A stretch of 51,441 bases of DNA, taken from NCBI GenBank assembly GCA_964293355.1, contig CAXZAJ010000001.1, positions 1 to 51,441 of the forward strand, given 5' to 3'. The position numbers and the translations under genes were made by a program. Positions 18,069 to 26,904 of this stretch are shown here, one piece after another. The notes under the pieces are model-generated. The model was not told the DNA's origin, made no database searches, and saw only the letters and a program-made list of their open reading frames with translations. Source of the DNA: an uncultured bacterium. GTDB taxonomy: Bacteria > Spirochaetota > Spirochaetia > Treponematales > UBA12059. Each line of letters opens with the position of its first letter. Within the stretch, counting starts at the first letter, position 1.

Positions 18069-18656
18069 ATGCGTACGGATGGAACATCAGCGCTGAAGCC
18101 TGACGGCCGATACACGGTGGCGGACTACAAATCCTGGAACGACGATGTGCGGCGCGAGCTGATTGGCGGCGTCATCTACGATATGAGCCCGGCTCCGCGC
18201 ACGGGACATCAGGATCTGGCTGGAGACGTGTTTGCCACGATCAAATACTACCTTGCGGACAAACCCTGCGTGCCGTTCATTGCGCCCATCGATGTTTACC
18301 TGTTTCCGGATGAAGATGACGAGGACTCGGATGACGTGGCGCAACCGGACGTGCTGGTGGTGTGCGACCGGAGCAAGATCCATGACGACGGCATCCACGG
18401 CGCGCCGGACCTGGTCATCGAAGTGCTGTCGCCTTCTACCGCGCACAAGGACCTGGGCGACAAGCGCGACCTCTACGAGCGCGCCGCCGTCAAGGAATAC
18501 TGGCTCCTCAACCCCGATACCGGCGCCGCCCTCGTGTGGCACCTGGACGGCTCGCGCTTTGCGCCGGTCGCGGAATACCTTGAAGGCAGCGAGATACATT
18601 CCAGCGCCATCGCGGGCTTTACATGGAAGACGGTCCGCGCCACAAAATACAGCTAG
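18069..18656 (+). CDS. Uma2-family (DUF820) endonuclease
   Basis: PD-(D/E)xK-like core APDLVIEVLSPSTAHKDLGDKRDLYERAAVKEYWLLNP, typical of the Uma2 family. Confidence 0.8.
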   Translation: MRTDGTSALKPDGRYTVADYKSWNDDVRRELIGGVIYDMSPAPRTGHQDLAGDVFATIKYYLADKPCVPFIAPIDVYLFPDEDDEDSDDVAQPDVLVVCDRSKIHDDGIHGAPDLVIEVLSPSTAHKDLGDKRDLYERAAVKEYWLLNPDTGAALVWHLDGSRFAPVAEYLEGSEIHSSAIAGFTWKTVRATKYS

Positions 18657-19363
18657 ATTCCTGAAGCTGCCTCGCCGGTAGTTCCGATGGTCGTTCCGGT
18701 GAACGGCTTGCCGTCCAGGATGGCCTGCAGGTTGGGCAGGTCGGTGCCGGCGGCGCAGATCACGCGAAGGCCAAGTTCTTCCGCGCGCCGCGAGGCGATG
18801 GGATCAAAGGGCACGTTCTTGCCCGGCGTCCACTCATTGCCCACCATGGCGCGGAAATCCTTCCACGATATCGAATCGACGGGCTTTGCCGCCGGGTCCA
18901 CCTTGGGGTCGGCGGTGTACACCTTGGCGATGTTGGAGAGGTTGACCACCACGTCGGCCTGGAAGCGCTCGGCGAGCACGACGGCGTCGAAGTCGGTGGA
19001 GAAGCCGGGTTTCCAGCCGGAGGCCACGAGCACCCGGCCGCCGAACACGGACACGCTCGTGGGATCGGTGACCACCTCGTGGGGACAGAGCTCCAGGAAC
19101 ATGCTGCGCACGAGCTGGGCGTTGTGGCGCGTGGCCATGATGCCTATCCAGTCCTGGGCATCGTAATCGGGAACGTCCACCGCGTCGCGATAGGCCTTCT
19201 GCCAGGCCCGCGCGGGGCCGCCGCCGCCGACGACGATGATGAGCCGGCGCGCCTGGTCCACGTCCAGCCAGCGCCTGGCCAGCGTGGCAAACGCCTTTAC
19301 GAAGGCTGCGTCAGGCGCATCCGGGGCCACGATCGAGCCGCCCAGAGACAGTACTTTCGTCAT
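18653..19363 (-). CDS. amino-acid-kinase family protein, archaeal-type UMP kinase (PyrH)-like
   Basis: MTKVLSLGGSIV ... VVGGGGPAR ... SGWKPGFSTDFDAVVLAE ... NIAKVYTADP. A GGAGGA RBS lies 6 nt upstream of ATG 19363; the longer ORF-track start at 19387 lacks one. Confidence 0.6.
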   Translation of the reverse strand: MTKVLSLGGSIVAPDAPDAAFVKAFATLARRWLDVDQARRLIIVVGGGGPARAWQKAYRDAVDVPDYDAQDWIGIMATRHNAQLVRSMFLELCPHEVVTDPTSVSVFGGRVLVASGWKPGFSTDFDAVVLAERFQADVVVNLSNIAKVYTADPKVDPAAKPVDSISWKDFRAMVGNEWTPGKNVPFDPIASRRAEELGLRVICAAGTDLPNLQAILDGKPFTGTTIGTTGEAASGI

Positions 19364-19500
19364 CAATATCCTCCACACCATGTTCATTGTACGGAAGCCC
19401 TACATGCCTGTAAAGCTGGTTCAGGCCAGGGCCGATGATCTTGCCCCGGACGGCCCGCCGGCGTTACTCTATACGCTATAAACCACCAAGGAGCATCAGG

Positions 19501-20010
19501 ATGGCAAATCCGATCGCGTCGTTCAAGACGAGCCTCGGCTCGTTCAATATCGAACTCTTCGCCGACACCAGCCCGGCCACCGTCAAGAATTTCGTCGAGT
19601 ACATCGAGTCCGGGTTCTTCAACGGAACGGTCTTTCACCGGGTCATCCCCGGCTTCATGATCCAGGGCGGCGGCATGACGCCGGGCCTCAAGGAAAAAGC
19701 CACCAGGGCGCCAATCAAGAACGAAGCGGACAACGGCGTGTCAAACGCGCGCGGCACCATCGCCATGGCCAGGACCTCGGACCCCAACAGCGCCACCTGC
19801 CAGTTCTTCATCAACGTGGCCGACAACAAGCCGCTGAACCATAAGTCCAAGGACGCGGCCGGCTGGGGTTATTGCGCCTTCGGCAAGGTAACCGAGGGCA
19901 TGGACGTGGTGGATGCCATCGCGGCGGTGGAGACTGGCAACCGGTTTCCGCACCAGAACGTGCCCAAGACCGACGTGCTCATCGAGAGCGTGACCGTAGC
20001 TGTAGCCTGA
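19501..20010 (+). CDS. ppiB: cyclophilin-type peptidyl-prolyl cis-trans isomerase
   Basis: [44 protein letters not shown] before ATG 19501. Confidence 0.92.
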   Translation: MANPIASFKTSLGSFNIELFADTSPATVKNFVEYIESGFFNGTVFHRVIPGFMIQGGGMTPGLKEKATRAPIKNEADNGVSNARGTIAMARTSDPNSATCQFFINVADNKPLNHKSKDAAGWGYCAFGKVTEGMDVVDAIAAVETGNRFPHQNVPKTDVLIESVTVAVA

Positions 20011-20059
20011 TTCACGGCTCGCCTGACTGCCCTCGTACGCGGAAACGCGATCGCGGAGG

Positions 20060-20085
20060 CTGGCAGGCTCCGTGGAGCCTGCCAG
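20060..20085. terminator. GC-rich hairpin between convergent genes (possible bidirectional terminator)
   Basis: CTGGCAGGCTCC/GGAGCCTGCCAG arms, a near-perfect 11-12 bp stem with a small loop. It lies between the ppiB stop and the TrpR-like stop. No clean U-tract. Confidence 0.45.
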
Positions 20086-20101
20086 GTTGCCTATCCAGGT
20101 G

Positions 20102-20425
20102 TCAGCGGACCTTGCGTTTCTTCTCCACGACGGTGTAACCGGCTATCTCGAGCATCTCCCTGAAGGATGATTGCTCTTTTTTAAGCTCGCGCGACCCGCG
20201 GGTTATTTTGCACAGGGACAGGCCCAGTTCGGCCGCAATGGCCCGCTGCGGAACGCCTTCCGCTATGCGCTTTACCAGAGCCCAGCGCTTGGCTATCTCG
20301 TCGGCCTCGGCCTTGGTGAACAGGCTGTACAGGAATCCCTCTATAAGAACGGGATCGTTCGTGGCGGCGAGCGTGCGGGACATCTCTTCAAAATTGGCCG
20401 CGACCAATCCGGTTTCATCGTTCAT
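20102..20425 (-). CDS. Trp-repressor (TrpR) family transcriptional regulator (107 aa)
   Basis: LFTKAEADEIAKRWALVKRIAEGVPQRAIAAELGLSLCKITRGSRELK matches the TrpR helix-turn-helix region, including the ITRGS motif. Start taken at the internal ATG 20425. Confidence 0.8.
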   Translation of the reverse strand: MNDETGLVAANFEEMSRTLAATNDPVLIEGFLYSLFTKAEADEIAKRWALVKRIAEGVPQRAIAAELGLSLCKITRGSRELKKEQSSFREMLEIAGYTVVEKKRKVR

Positions 20426-20573
20426 TCGTGCGCATCTCCATAATAGAAATATTATACCAAGCCTGGGCCGTCTTGTCACTTGAAAAATGTATATTCCTGT
20501 AGAAACATTTTGAATGTCAAAAGGCTGTTTCAAAAACAAGGGCTCAAAATTCCATGTAGCACCGACTATCTAC

Positions 20574-20602
20574 TTGACGCAAACCGGAGCCATCAGTATG
20601 CT
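20574..20602 (+). promoter_or_regulatory. sigma70-like promoter for the ABC importer operon
   Basis: TTGACG (20574-20579), 17 nt spacer, TATGCT (20597-20602), about 48 nt upstream of ATG 20651. Confidence 0.45.
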
Positions 20603-20610
20603 TCAATTCT

Positions 20611-20628
20611 GTTACTACTAATAGATAC
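20611..20628. promoter_or_regulatory. imperfect palindrome, candidate TrpR-type operator
   Basis: GTTACTACTAATAGATAC is self-complementary at 12 of 18 positions and has a CTA..TAG core. It lies just downstream of the -10 element. Confidence 0.25.
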
Positions 20629-20650
20629 GTTTTACCGGAGGATACTGCAC

Positions 20651-21649
20651 ATGCGTACCAAGGCTTTCTTTACAACCTCACTCGTGGCGGCGCTCATCGC
20701 CATGACCGCCGTGCTCTCCATTGCCGCGGTCAAGGACGTGCCGGTGGGCATCGCCAAGTTCGTGTCGCACCCGGCACTGGACGACATCGAGCGCGGCATC
20801 GTGGACGAGCTTACGGCCACCGTGCCAGGAGTCCGCCTGGACCTGCAGAACGCCAATGCCGACATGGCCACCGCGGCGCAGATAGCGCGCAAGTTCAAGT
20901 CAGACATGGTACAGGTCGCGGTCGGCATTGCCACGCCGACCGCCCAGGCGCTGGCCAGCGCCATCAGGGACATACCCGTGGTGTTTTCCGCCGTCACCGA
21001 CCCGGTGGCCGCGGGGCTCGTCTCGTCGTACCAGGGCGGCGGCAAGAACGTAACCGGCACCTCCGACATGACGCCCGTGTCTGCCCAGCTCGACCTGCTC
21101 ACCTCGCTCAAGCCCATAAGGCGCCTGGGGCACGTGTACAATGCCGGCGAAGCCAACTCGGTCAAGCTGGCTGAACTGGTCAGGGCGTACTGCGACAGGA
21201 AGGGCATCCAGCTCGTTGAATCGACGGTAGCCAACTCCTCCGAGGTGCGCTCGGCGGTGCAGGCGATAGCGGACCGGATAGACGGCCTGTACCTGGGCAA
21301 CGACAACACGGTGTTCTCCGCGGTCAACGCGGTCGCCGAGGTCTGCCTCCAGAAACGCCTGCCGCTGGTTACGGCGGATCCGACAAGCGCCGAGACCGTG
21401 CCGGTGCTGGCCGCCCTCGGCTTTGACTACTACCAGATGGGCCGTGCTACGGGCCGGATCGTCGCCCGCATCCTGAAGGGCGAGAAACCAGGCGCCATTC
21501 CCACCTACTTCCCCGACTCGCCCGCCGAGAAGAGCCTCGTCCTCAACCTGGACGTGGCCGCGAAGCTGGGCATCTCGCCGACCGCTGAACTGGTAGCGCA
21601 GGCTACTTCCGTCGTCCGCAACGGTACCGTCGAGCGCAGAAAGAAGTGA
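20651..21649 (+). CDS. ABC transporter substrate-binding protein (ABC_sub_bind / putative tryptophan-tyrosine transport family)
   Basis: Signal/anchor sequence followed by KFVSHPALDDIERGIVDEL ... GIATPTAQA ... FSAVTDPVAAGLV ... NVTGTSD, the typical layout of this family. Start at ATG 20651 with a GGAGGA RBS. Confidence 0.75.
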   Translation: MRTKAFFTTSLVAALIAMTAVLSIAAVKDVPVGIAKFVSHPALDDIERGIVDELTATVPGVRLDLQNANADMATAAQIARKFKSDMVQVAVGIATPTAQALASAIRDIPVVFSAVTDPVAAGLVSSYQGGGKNVTGTSDMTPVSAQLDLLTSLKPIRRLGHVYNAGEANSVKLAELVRAYCDRKGIQLVESTVANSSEVRSAVQAIADRIDGLYLGNDNTVFSAVNAVAEVCLQKRLPLVTADPTSAETVPVLAALGFDYYQMGRATGRIVARILKGEKPGAIPTYFPDSPAEKSLVLNLDVAAKLGISPTAELVAQATSVVRNGTVERRKK

Positions 21650-22575
21650 TAGAAGCCATACTCGTCGAGGGTCTTGTCTACGGCATTCTGGCCCTCGGCG
21701 TATTCGTTTCATTCCGCGTGCTGGACTTTCCTGACCTGACAGCCGAGGGGGCCTTTCCCCTCGGGGCGGCGGCGGCAGCCGCGCTGATTTCCGCCGGGGC
21801 CAACCCGGTGGTCGCGATGCTGGGAGCCCTGGCGGCAGGGGCGCTGGCCGGGGCGGCTACCGGGTCCATCCACGCCGCGCTCAGGGTTCCCTCGCTGCTC
21901 GCAGGCATCGTCGTGATGACCGGCCTGTGGTCGGTCAACCTGCGCGTGATGGGCGGCAAGGCCAACATGCCGCTGATAGCCAACAACCCGGTGATGGACG
22001 CCGCCTACGGCCTCCTGCCCGGCTCCAGCGACTGGTCAGCGGCCTTGTTCTTCCTCATCGTCGCAGCCAGCGTGCTGGGCCTGCTCGCGCTGTTCTTCTC
22101 CACCGAGGCGGGCATAGCCATGGGCGCGCTGGGAGACAACGAATCCGTCGTCATCGGGGCGGGATCCAACCCAAAGGTGCTCAGGACCGCCGGCGTTTCG
22201 CTTTCAGGAGCGCTGTGCGGGCTTTCAGGCGGACTTGCCGCCTCGTACCAGGGCTTTGCAGACGTCAATTTCGGCTCAGGCGTCGTGGCGGCGGGTCTCG
22301 CAAGCGTGATGGTCGGAGAATTCCTGTTCCGCTCCAACCGCATCGGCATCCAGCTCGTGCGCGTCATCATAGGCTCCATAGCCTTCCGGACCATCATGTT
22401 CGCCGGCCGCAAGTACGGCTACCTCGTCGGCATGGGCCCCAACGACCTCAGGATGGTCACCGCCCTGCTGGTCGTGGGCGCGGTGGCAGCCGGCCGCTTC
22501 AAGGCAAACCAGGCCTCCCGGCGCGGCCTGAACGCGGCCGTTTCCAGGGCCGGAACCAAGGGTAAACACCAGTGA
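21646..22575 (+). CDS. ABC transporter permease (BPD_transp_2-type)
   Basis: Polytopic 309-aa protein. GTGA overlap with the binding-protein gene. Confidence 0.75.
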   Translation: MIEAILVEGLVYGILALGVFVSFRVLDFPDLTAEGAFPLGAAAAAALISAGANPVVAMLGALAAGALAGAATGSIHAALRVPSLLAGIVVMTGLWSVNLRVMGGKANMPLIANNPVMDAAYGLLPGSSDWSAALFFLIVAASVLGLLALFFSTEAGIAMGALGDNESVVIGAGSNPKVLRTAGVSLSGALCGLSGGLAASYQGFADVNFGSGVVAAGLASVMVGEFLFRSNRIGIQLVRVIIGSIAFRTIMFAGRKYGYLVGMGPNDLRMVTALLVVGAVAAGRFKANQASRRGLNAAVSRAGTKGKHQ

Positions 22576-23363
22576 TCACCATAGAAAACCTCACCGTCAT
22601 ATTCAACGCCGGCACCCAGGACGAACGCGCCGCCATAGACGGTCTGTCTTTGTCGGTGCCGAAGGGACAGTGGATCTCCCTGATCGGATCAAACGGGGCG
22701 GGCAAGACGACGCTCCTCAACGCCATCGCGGGGTCTGTCCCCGTGGCGGCCGGCAGCGTCGTGCTGGACGGCCTCGACCGCGCGGGTGAGCCGGAATACC
22801 ACCGGGCCAGGATCGTCGGCCGCGTCCGGCAGGACCCCACGGCCGGCACCGCCCCGGAGATGACCGTGATGGATAACCTGGCCCTCGCCAGCCGCAAGGG
22901 TCCCCGTCGCCTGCTGCCCGCCAAGCCGGCCTCGCTGAAGCGCAGGCTGCTGGAACGGCTGGCTGAACTCGGCATGGGCCTGGAAGACCGGGTGTCGGAG
23001 AATGTTTCCAGGCTCTCCGGCGGCCAGCGGCAGGCCCTGGCGTTGCTCATGGCCGCGATGACCAGGCCCGCCGTGCTGCTCCTGGACGAGCACACCGCGG
23101 CCCTCGACCCGCGCAACGCCGATATCGTCATGGAACTGACCCGTCGCTTCGTCCGCGACTACGACCTGACAGCGCTGATGGTGACGCACGACATGCGCCG
23201 CGCGCTGGCTGAAGGCGACAGGCTCGTGATGATGCACGAAGGCAGCATCGTGGCGGACCTCAGCGGCGCGGAGAAATCAGGCTCCAGCGTGGAGCGGCTC
23301 GTCAGGCTGTTCAAGGAAGTACGGGGTGAGGAATACGCTGAAGACCGCGATCTGCTCACGTAA
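22572..23363 (+). CDS. ABC transporter ATP-binding protein
   Basis: Walker A GSNGAGKTT, signature LSGGQRQALALLMA, Walker B LLLDEHTAALD. Confidence 0.88.
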   Translation: MITIENLTVIFNAGTQDERAAIDGLSLSVPKGQWISLIGSNGAGKTTLLNAIAGSVPVAAGSVVLDGLDRAGEPEYHRARIVGRVRQDPTAGTAPEMTVMDNLALASRKGPRRLLPAKPASLKRRLLERLAELGMGLEDRVSENVSRLSGGQRQALALLMAAMTRPAVLLLDEHTAALDPRNADIVMELTRRFVRDYDLTALMVTHDMRRALAEGDRLVMMHEGSIVADLSGAEKSGSSVERLVRLFKEVRGEEYAEDRDLLT

Positions 23364-23401
23364 TTCCTTGACGCGCGGCGCTCATGGTCTATTCTTTAAC
23401 C

Positions 23402-25060
23402 ATGAAATCAATCCGGACTAAAATTGTCGTACTCTCGGCCGCGGCAGCGCTTATCGTTGCGCTCAGTCTCTCAATATTCTTCATCTCCATATTGAGAACG
23501 TCAATCGACGGGCAGGTCCAGGCGCTCGAGACAACATTGCGGGATGATTTTGACCTGCTCATCAAGAGCGAGATCGAAACGGTGGTCTCGATGCTTGAGC
23601 GTATCGCCAAGCTCAGGGACTCAGGCGCACTCGCCGACTCAGCGGCCCGATCATTCGCGGCCACGCTGCTACGCGATATCAGGTACGGCAACGACAGCTA
23701 TTTCTGGGCTGATACACCCAAGGGCGACAACATAGTCCTCCTGGGGGGAGCCTCCGAGGGAACCAACCGCCTGGGCCTCAAGGACGTCAACGGCTTTGAA
23801 CTCGTGCGGGCCATCATAGACGCCGGCATGAGCGGCGGCGGCTATACCGACTACTGGTTCCCCCGGGCCGGCGAAACCGAGGCGTTGCCCAAGCGCGGGT
23901 ACAGCAAGTATTCACCCGGTTTCGACTGGGTCGTCGGAACGGGAAACTACACCGACGATATCGACAAGGTCATCGCGGAGAAGCGATCCGCCGCCGAGGC
24001 CGTGTTGAGCCGGGCCCTGGTGATGATAGCCGTCATAGCGTCGGTGCTGTCCGCCGCGATGGTTGCCGTGGCGGTGCTCATGGGAGACCGCATAGCCAAA
24101 CCGCTCGTCTATGCGGCGGCGAGGGTCCGGGATCTGGCCGCCGGCCGGCTCGACGAGGCATTTGACCACAGGATGGCCTCCGGCAAGGATGAGGCCGGGG
24201 TGCTCGTCTCGTCCCTGTCCGCTACGGTGGCAAAACTGCGCGAGGTCATTGAAAATGTGCAGGACGCCAGCTCCGTCATGATCTCCGGTTCTGCGGCTCT
24301 TTCCGAAGCTTCAGTCCAGATGGCTACCGGCATAGACGGCATAGCCGAATCCAGCCAGCAATTGTCCCAGGGCGCTTCGGAGCAGGCCGCCAGCGCGGAA
24401 CAAGTATCTGCAAGCGTTGAACAGATGGGCGCGAACATCAGACAGAACGCGGACAACTCGTTCCAGACCGAGAAAACTTCCTCAAAGGCGGCCAACGATG
24501 CCAAGGAAGGCCTGTCAGCTGTACGGGCGACGGTTGCAGCCATGCGCCAGATCGCTGAAAAAATAGATATTATAGAAGAGATAGCGCGGCAGACGAACAT
24601 GCTGTCGCTCAACGCCAGCATAGAAGCGGCCAGGGCCGGCGAGCATGGCAAGGGCTTCGCGGTGGTAGCCAGCGAGGTCGGCAAACTGGCTGAGCGCTCG
24701 AAGGTGGCAGCGGGCGAGATATCGGTGCTGTCGCAGCAGAGCGTCGACATAGCCGACAGGGCGGGAACCTTGCTGGAAGGCATGGTGCCGGACATCCAGA
24801 AGACTGCCGACCTGGTGCAGGAGATCAGCGTCGCGAGCCGCGAGCAGGATAGCGGTACGCAGCAGATCAGCCAGGCCATGACCCAGCTGGATTCGGTCAT
24901 CCAGCAGAATGCCTCCATCTCGGAGGAATTCAGCGCTACCAGCGAGGAAATCGCGGGCCAGGCGCGCATGGTCGCCGACACGTCGGCGGAACTGTACGCC
25001 CAGGCTGAACGGCTCCAGGGGCTCGTGTCATTTTTCAGGCTTTCGGATTTTGAGGATTAG
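23402..25060 (+). CDS. methyl-accepting chemotaxis protein 1 (single Cache_2-type sensor, HAMP, MA domain)
   Basis: Cache-like [13 protein letters not shown]...[13 protein letters not shown]...WVVGTGNY. Signalling hairpin [35 protein letters not shown]. Start chosen by alignment with the paralog start MKSIRMKIV. Confidence 0.9.
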   Translation: MKSIRTKIVVLSAAAALIVALSLSIFFISILRTSIDGQVQALETTLRDDFDLLIKSEIETVVSMLERIAKLRDSGALADSAARSFAATLLRDIRYGNDSYFWADTPKGDNIVLLGGASEGTNRLGLKDVNGFELVRAIIDAGMSGGGYTDYWFPRAGETEALPKRGYSKYSPGFDWVVGTGNYTDDIDKVIAEKRSAAEAVLSRALVMIAVIASVLSAAMVAVAVLMGDRIAKPLVYAAARVRDLAAGRLDEAFDHRMASGKDEAGVLVSSLSATVAKLREVIENVQDASSVMISGSAALSEASVQMATGIDGIAESSQQLSQGASEQAASAEQVSASVEQMGANIRQNADNSFQTEKTSSKAANDAKEGLSAVRATVAAMRQIAEKIDIIEEIARQTNMLSLNASIEAARAGEHGKGFAVVASEVGKLAERSKVAAGEISVLSQQSVDIADRAGTLLEGMVPDIQKTADLVQEISVASREQDSGTQQISQAMTQLDSVIQQNASISEEFSATSEEIAGQARMVADTSAELYAQAERLQGLVSFFRLSDFED

Positions 25061-25087
25061 TCTATCGAGAACATCTGGAGGCTCGAC

Positions 25088-26761
25088 ATGAAATCGATAC
25101 GCATGAAAATCGTTGCGCTGGCAGCCGCATCGGCTCTTATCGTGGCTTTGAGTCTTACGCTGGTGTTCATGTTCGTCCTCCGCTCGGCCTCGGAAGTCCA
25201 GGTAGGCGTTCTTGAATCCACCCTGCGGGACGATTTTGACCGCCTGATCAAGAGCGAGGTGGAGTCCGCGGCCTCCATGCTCGACAACCTTGCGCAGTTG
25301 CGCGACAAGGGCGAACTCAGCGAGGCCCTGGCCCTCGCCCTCGCCACCAGCCAGTTGCGCTCGATGAGCTTTGGCGAGGATGGCTACTTCTGGGCCGATA
25401 CGCCTGAGGGCGACAACATCGTAAACCTCGGCTCGGCGACTGAAGGCACCAACCGCATCACCACCAGGGACGTCAACGGATTCGAGCTGATCCGGGCCAT
25501 CATAGAAATTGGCATGAAGGGTGGCGGATATACCGAGTACTGGTTCCCGCGGGCCGGCCAGACTGAAGCCGCTCCCAAGCGGAGCTACAGCATCTACGTG
25601 CCAGGTTTCAACTGGGTTATCGGTACCGGCAACTACGTTGACGACATAGACCAGATCATCGGTGCCAAAAAGGCTGAAGCGGCGGCCAGCCTCGCCCGTG
25701 CGCTGGCAATAATAGTCGTGCTCGCAACTGCCCTGGCGGGCGCCATGGTAACCATCGCGCTTATCCTCGGGGGGCGTGTCTCCCCCCCCCGGGTCTACGC
25801 TTCTGCCAAAAAGCAGGAAAGGGGCAACGGGCGCCTGGGCGCAAGCTTTGACGACCGCTACTCCAGAGGCGGCGACGAGGCAGGACGGCTGATCGTATCC
25901 CTCAAGGAAACGATCTCCAAGCTGCGGCAGGTCGTCCAGCAGGTGCAGGATTCCGGCGCTTCGATACTGGATGGAAGCTCCTCGCTTTCCGAAGCCTCAT
26001 CGCAGATGTCCATCGGGCTCGAAGGCATAGCACAATCCAGCCAGCAGCTATCGCAGGGCTCCAGCGAGCAGGCCGCCAACGCCGAGGAAGTCTCGGCCAG
26101 CGTCGAGCAGATGAGCGCAAACATCAGGCAGAATGCCGACAACGCCTTCCAGACCGAGAAGATATCGACCAAGGCGGCAAGCGATGCCAGGGAAGGGCTC
26201 TCCGCGGTTCACCAGACGGTCGACGCCATGCGCCAGATAGCCGAAAAGATAGCCATCATCGAGGAGATAGCCCGCTCGACCAACATGTTATCGCTGAATG
26301 CCAGCATCGAGGCGGCGCGGGCCGGCGAACACGGCAAGGGCTTCGCCGTCGTAGCCAGCGAGGTGGGCAAACTGGCCGAGCGCTCGAAGCTGGCCGCCGG
26401 CGAGATAGCCACCCTGTCCACCCACAGCGTAGGCATAGCGGACAAGGCCGGCACGATGCTTGAAGGCATGGTACCGGACATCCAGAAGACGGCCGACCTG
26501 GTGCAGGAGATAAGCATAGCGAGCAGGGAGCAGGACGCGGGCGCCCAGCAGATAAACCAGGCCATGACGCAGCTGGATTCCGTCATCCAGCAGAATGCGT
26601 CCATTTCAGAGGAATTCAGCGCCACCAGCGAGGAAATCGCCAGCCAGGCCACGATGGTCGCCGATACCGCTTCAGGCCTTGCAGACCAGGCGCAGAAACT
26701 GCAGACCCTGGTGGGCTTCTTTACGCTCGAGGGAACCGGAACTCTGCCAGAAGACCAGTGA
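25088..26761 (+). CDS. methyl-accepting chemotaxis protein 2 (paralog of MCP1, Cache_2-type sensor)
   Basis: Same architecture as MCP1 ([13 protein letters not shown]...[13 protein letters not shown]). GGAGG RBS upstream. Confidence 0.9.
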   Translation: MKSIRMKIVALAAASALIVALSLTLVFMFVLRSASEVQVGVLESTLRDDFDRLIKSEVESAASMLDNLAQLRDKGELSEALALALATSQLRSMSFGEDGYFWADTPEGDNIVNLGSATEGTNRITTRDVNGFELIRAIIEIGMKGGGYTEYWFPRAGQTEAAPKRSYSIYVPGFNWVIGTGNYVDDIDQIIGAKKAEAAASLARALAIIVVLATALAGAMVTIALILGGRVSPPRVYASAKKQERGNGRLGASFDDRYSRGGDEAGRLIVSLKETISKLRQVVQQVQDSGASILDGSSSLSEASSQMSIGLEGIAQSSQQLSQGSSEQAANAEEVSASVEQMSANIRQNADNAFQTEKISTKAASDAREGLSAVHQTVDAMRQIAEKIAIIEEIARSTNMLSLNASIEAARAGEHGKGFAVVASEVGKLAERSKLAAGEIATLSTHSVGIADKAGTMLEGMVPDIQKTADLVQEISIASREQDAGAQQINQAMTQLDSVIQQNASISEEFSATSEEIASQATMVADTASGLADQAQKLQTLVGFFTLEGTGTLPEDQ

Positions 26762-26768
26762 CGGGCAT

Positions 26769-26796
26769 GATGTTTGGCTTGCGAGAGCCAAACATC
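26769..26796 (+). terminator. hairpin after MCP2 (terminator-like, weak U-tract)
   Basis: GATGTTTGGCT-tgcgag-AGCCAAACATC, a perfect 11-bp stem, at the start of a 140-nt lower-GC gap. Confidence 0.4.
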
Positions 26797-26904
26797 TCCC
26801 AAAGGTCTATTATTTCTAAAATTCCAGTGTATACTTGCGTTTGTCTCATATGCTCTGACGTGGTTCGTCAAGTTATAGATACAGTGAAAATCCAGGGGGA
26901 ATCT

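Noticed and set aside
18653-18656. Convergent Uma2 and UMP-kinase-like genes share overlapping stop codons (CTAG), leaving no room for terminators.
   Set aside because: This is probably just compact gene packing. It is noted but not informative without transcript data.
26758-26904. N-terminal extension of MCP3 back to GTG 26758 ([17 protein letters not shown]...).
   Set aside because: The extension runs through the 11-bp hairpin and the AT-rich intergenic gap. It has no RBS and no similarity to the other MCP N-termini. GTG 26905 has an AGGGGGA RBS and gives a normal short cytoplasmic N-terminus before TM1.
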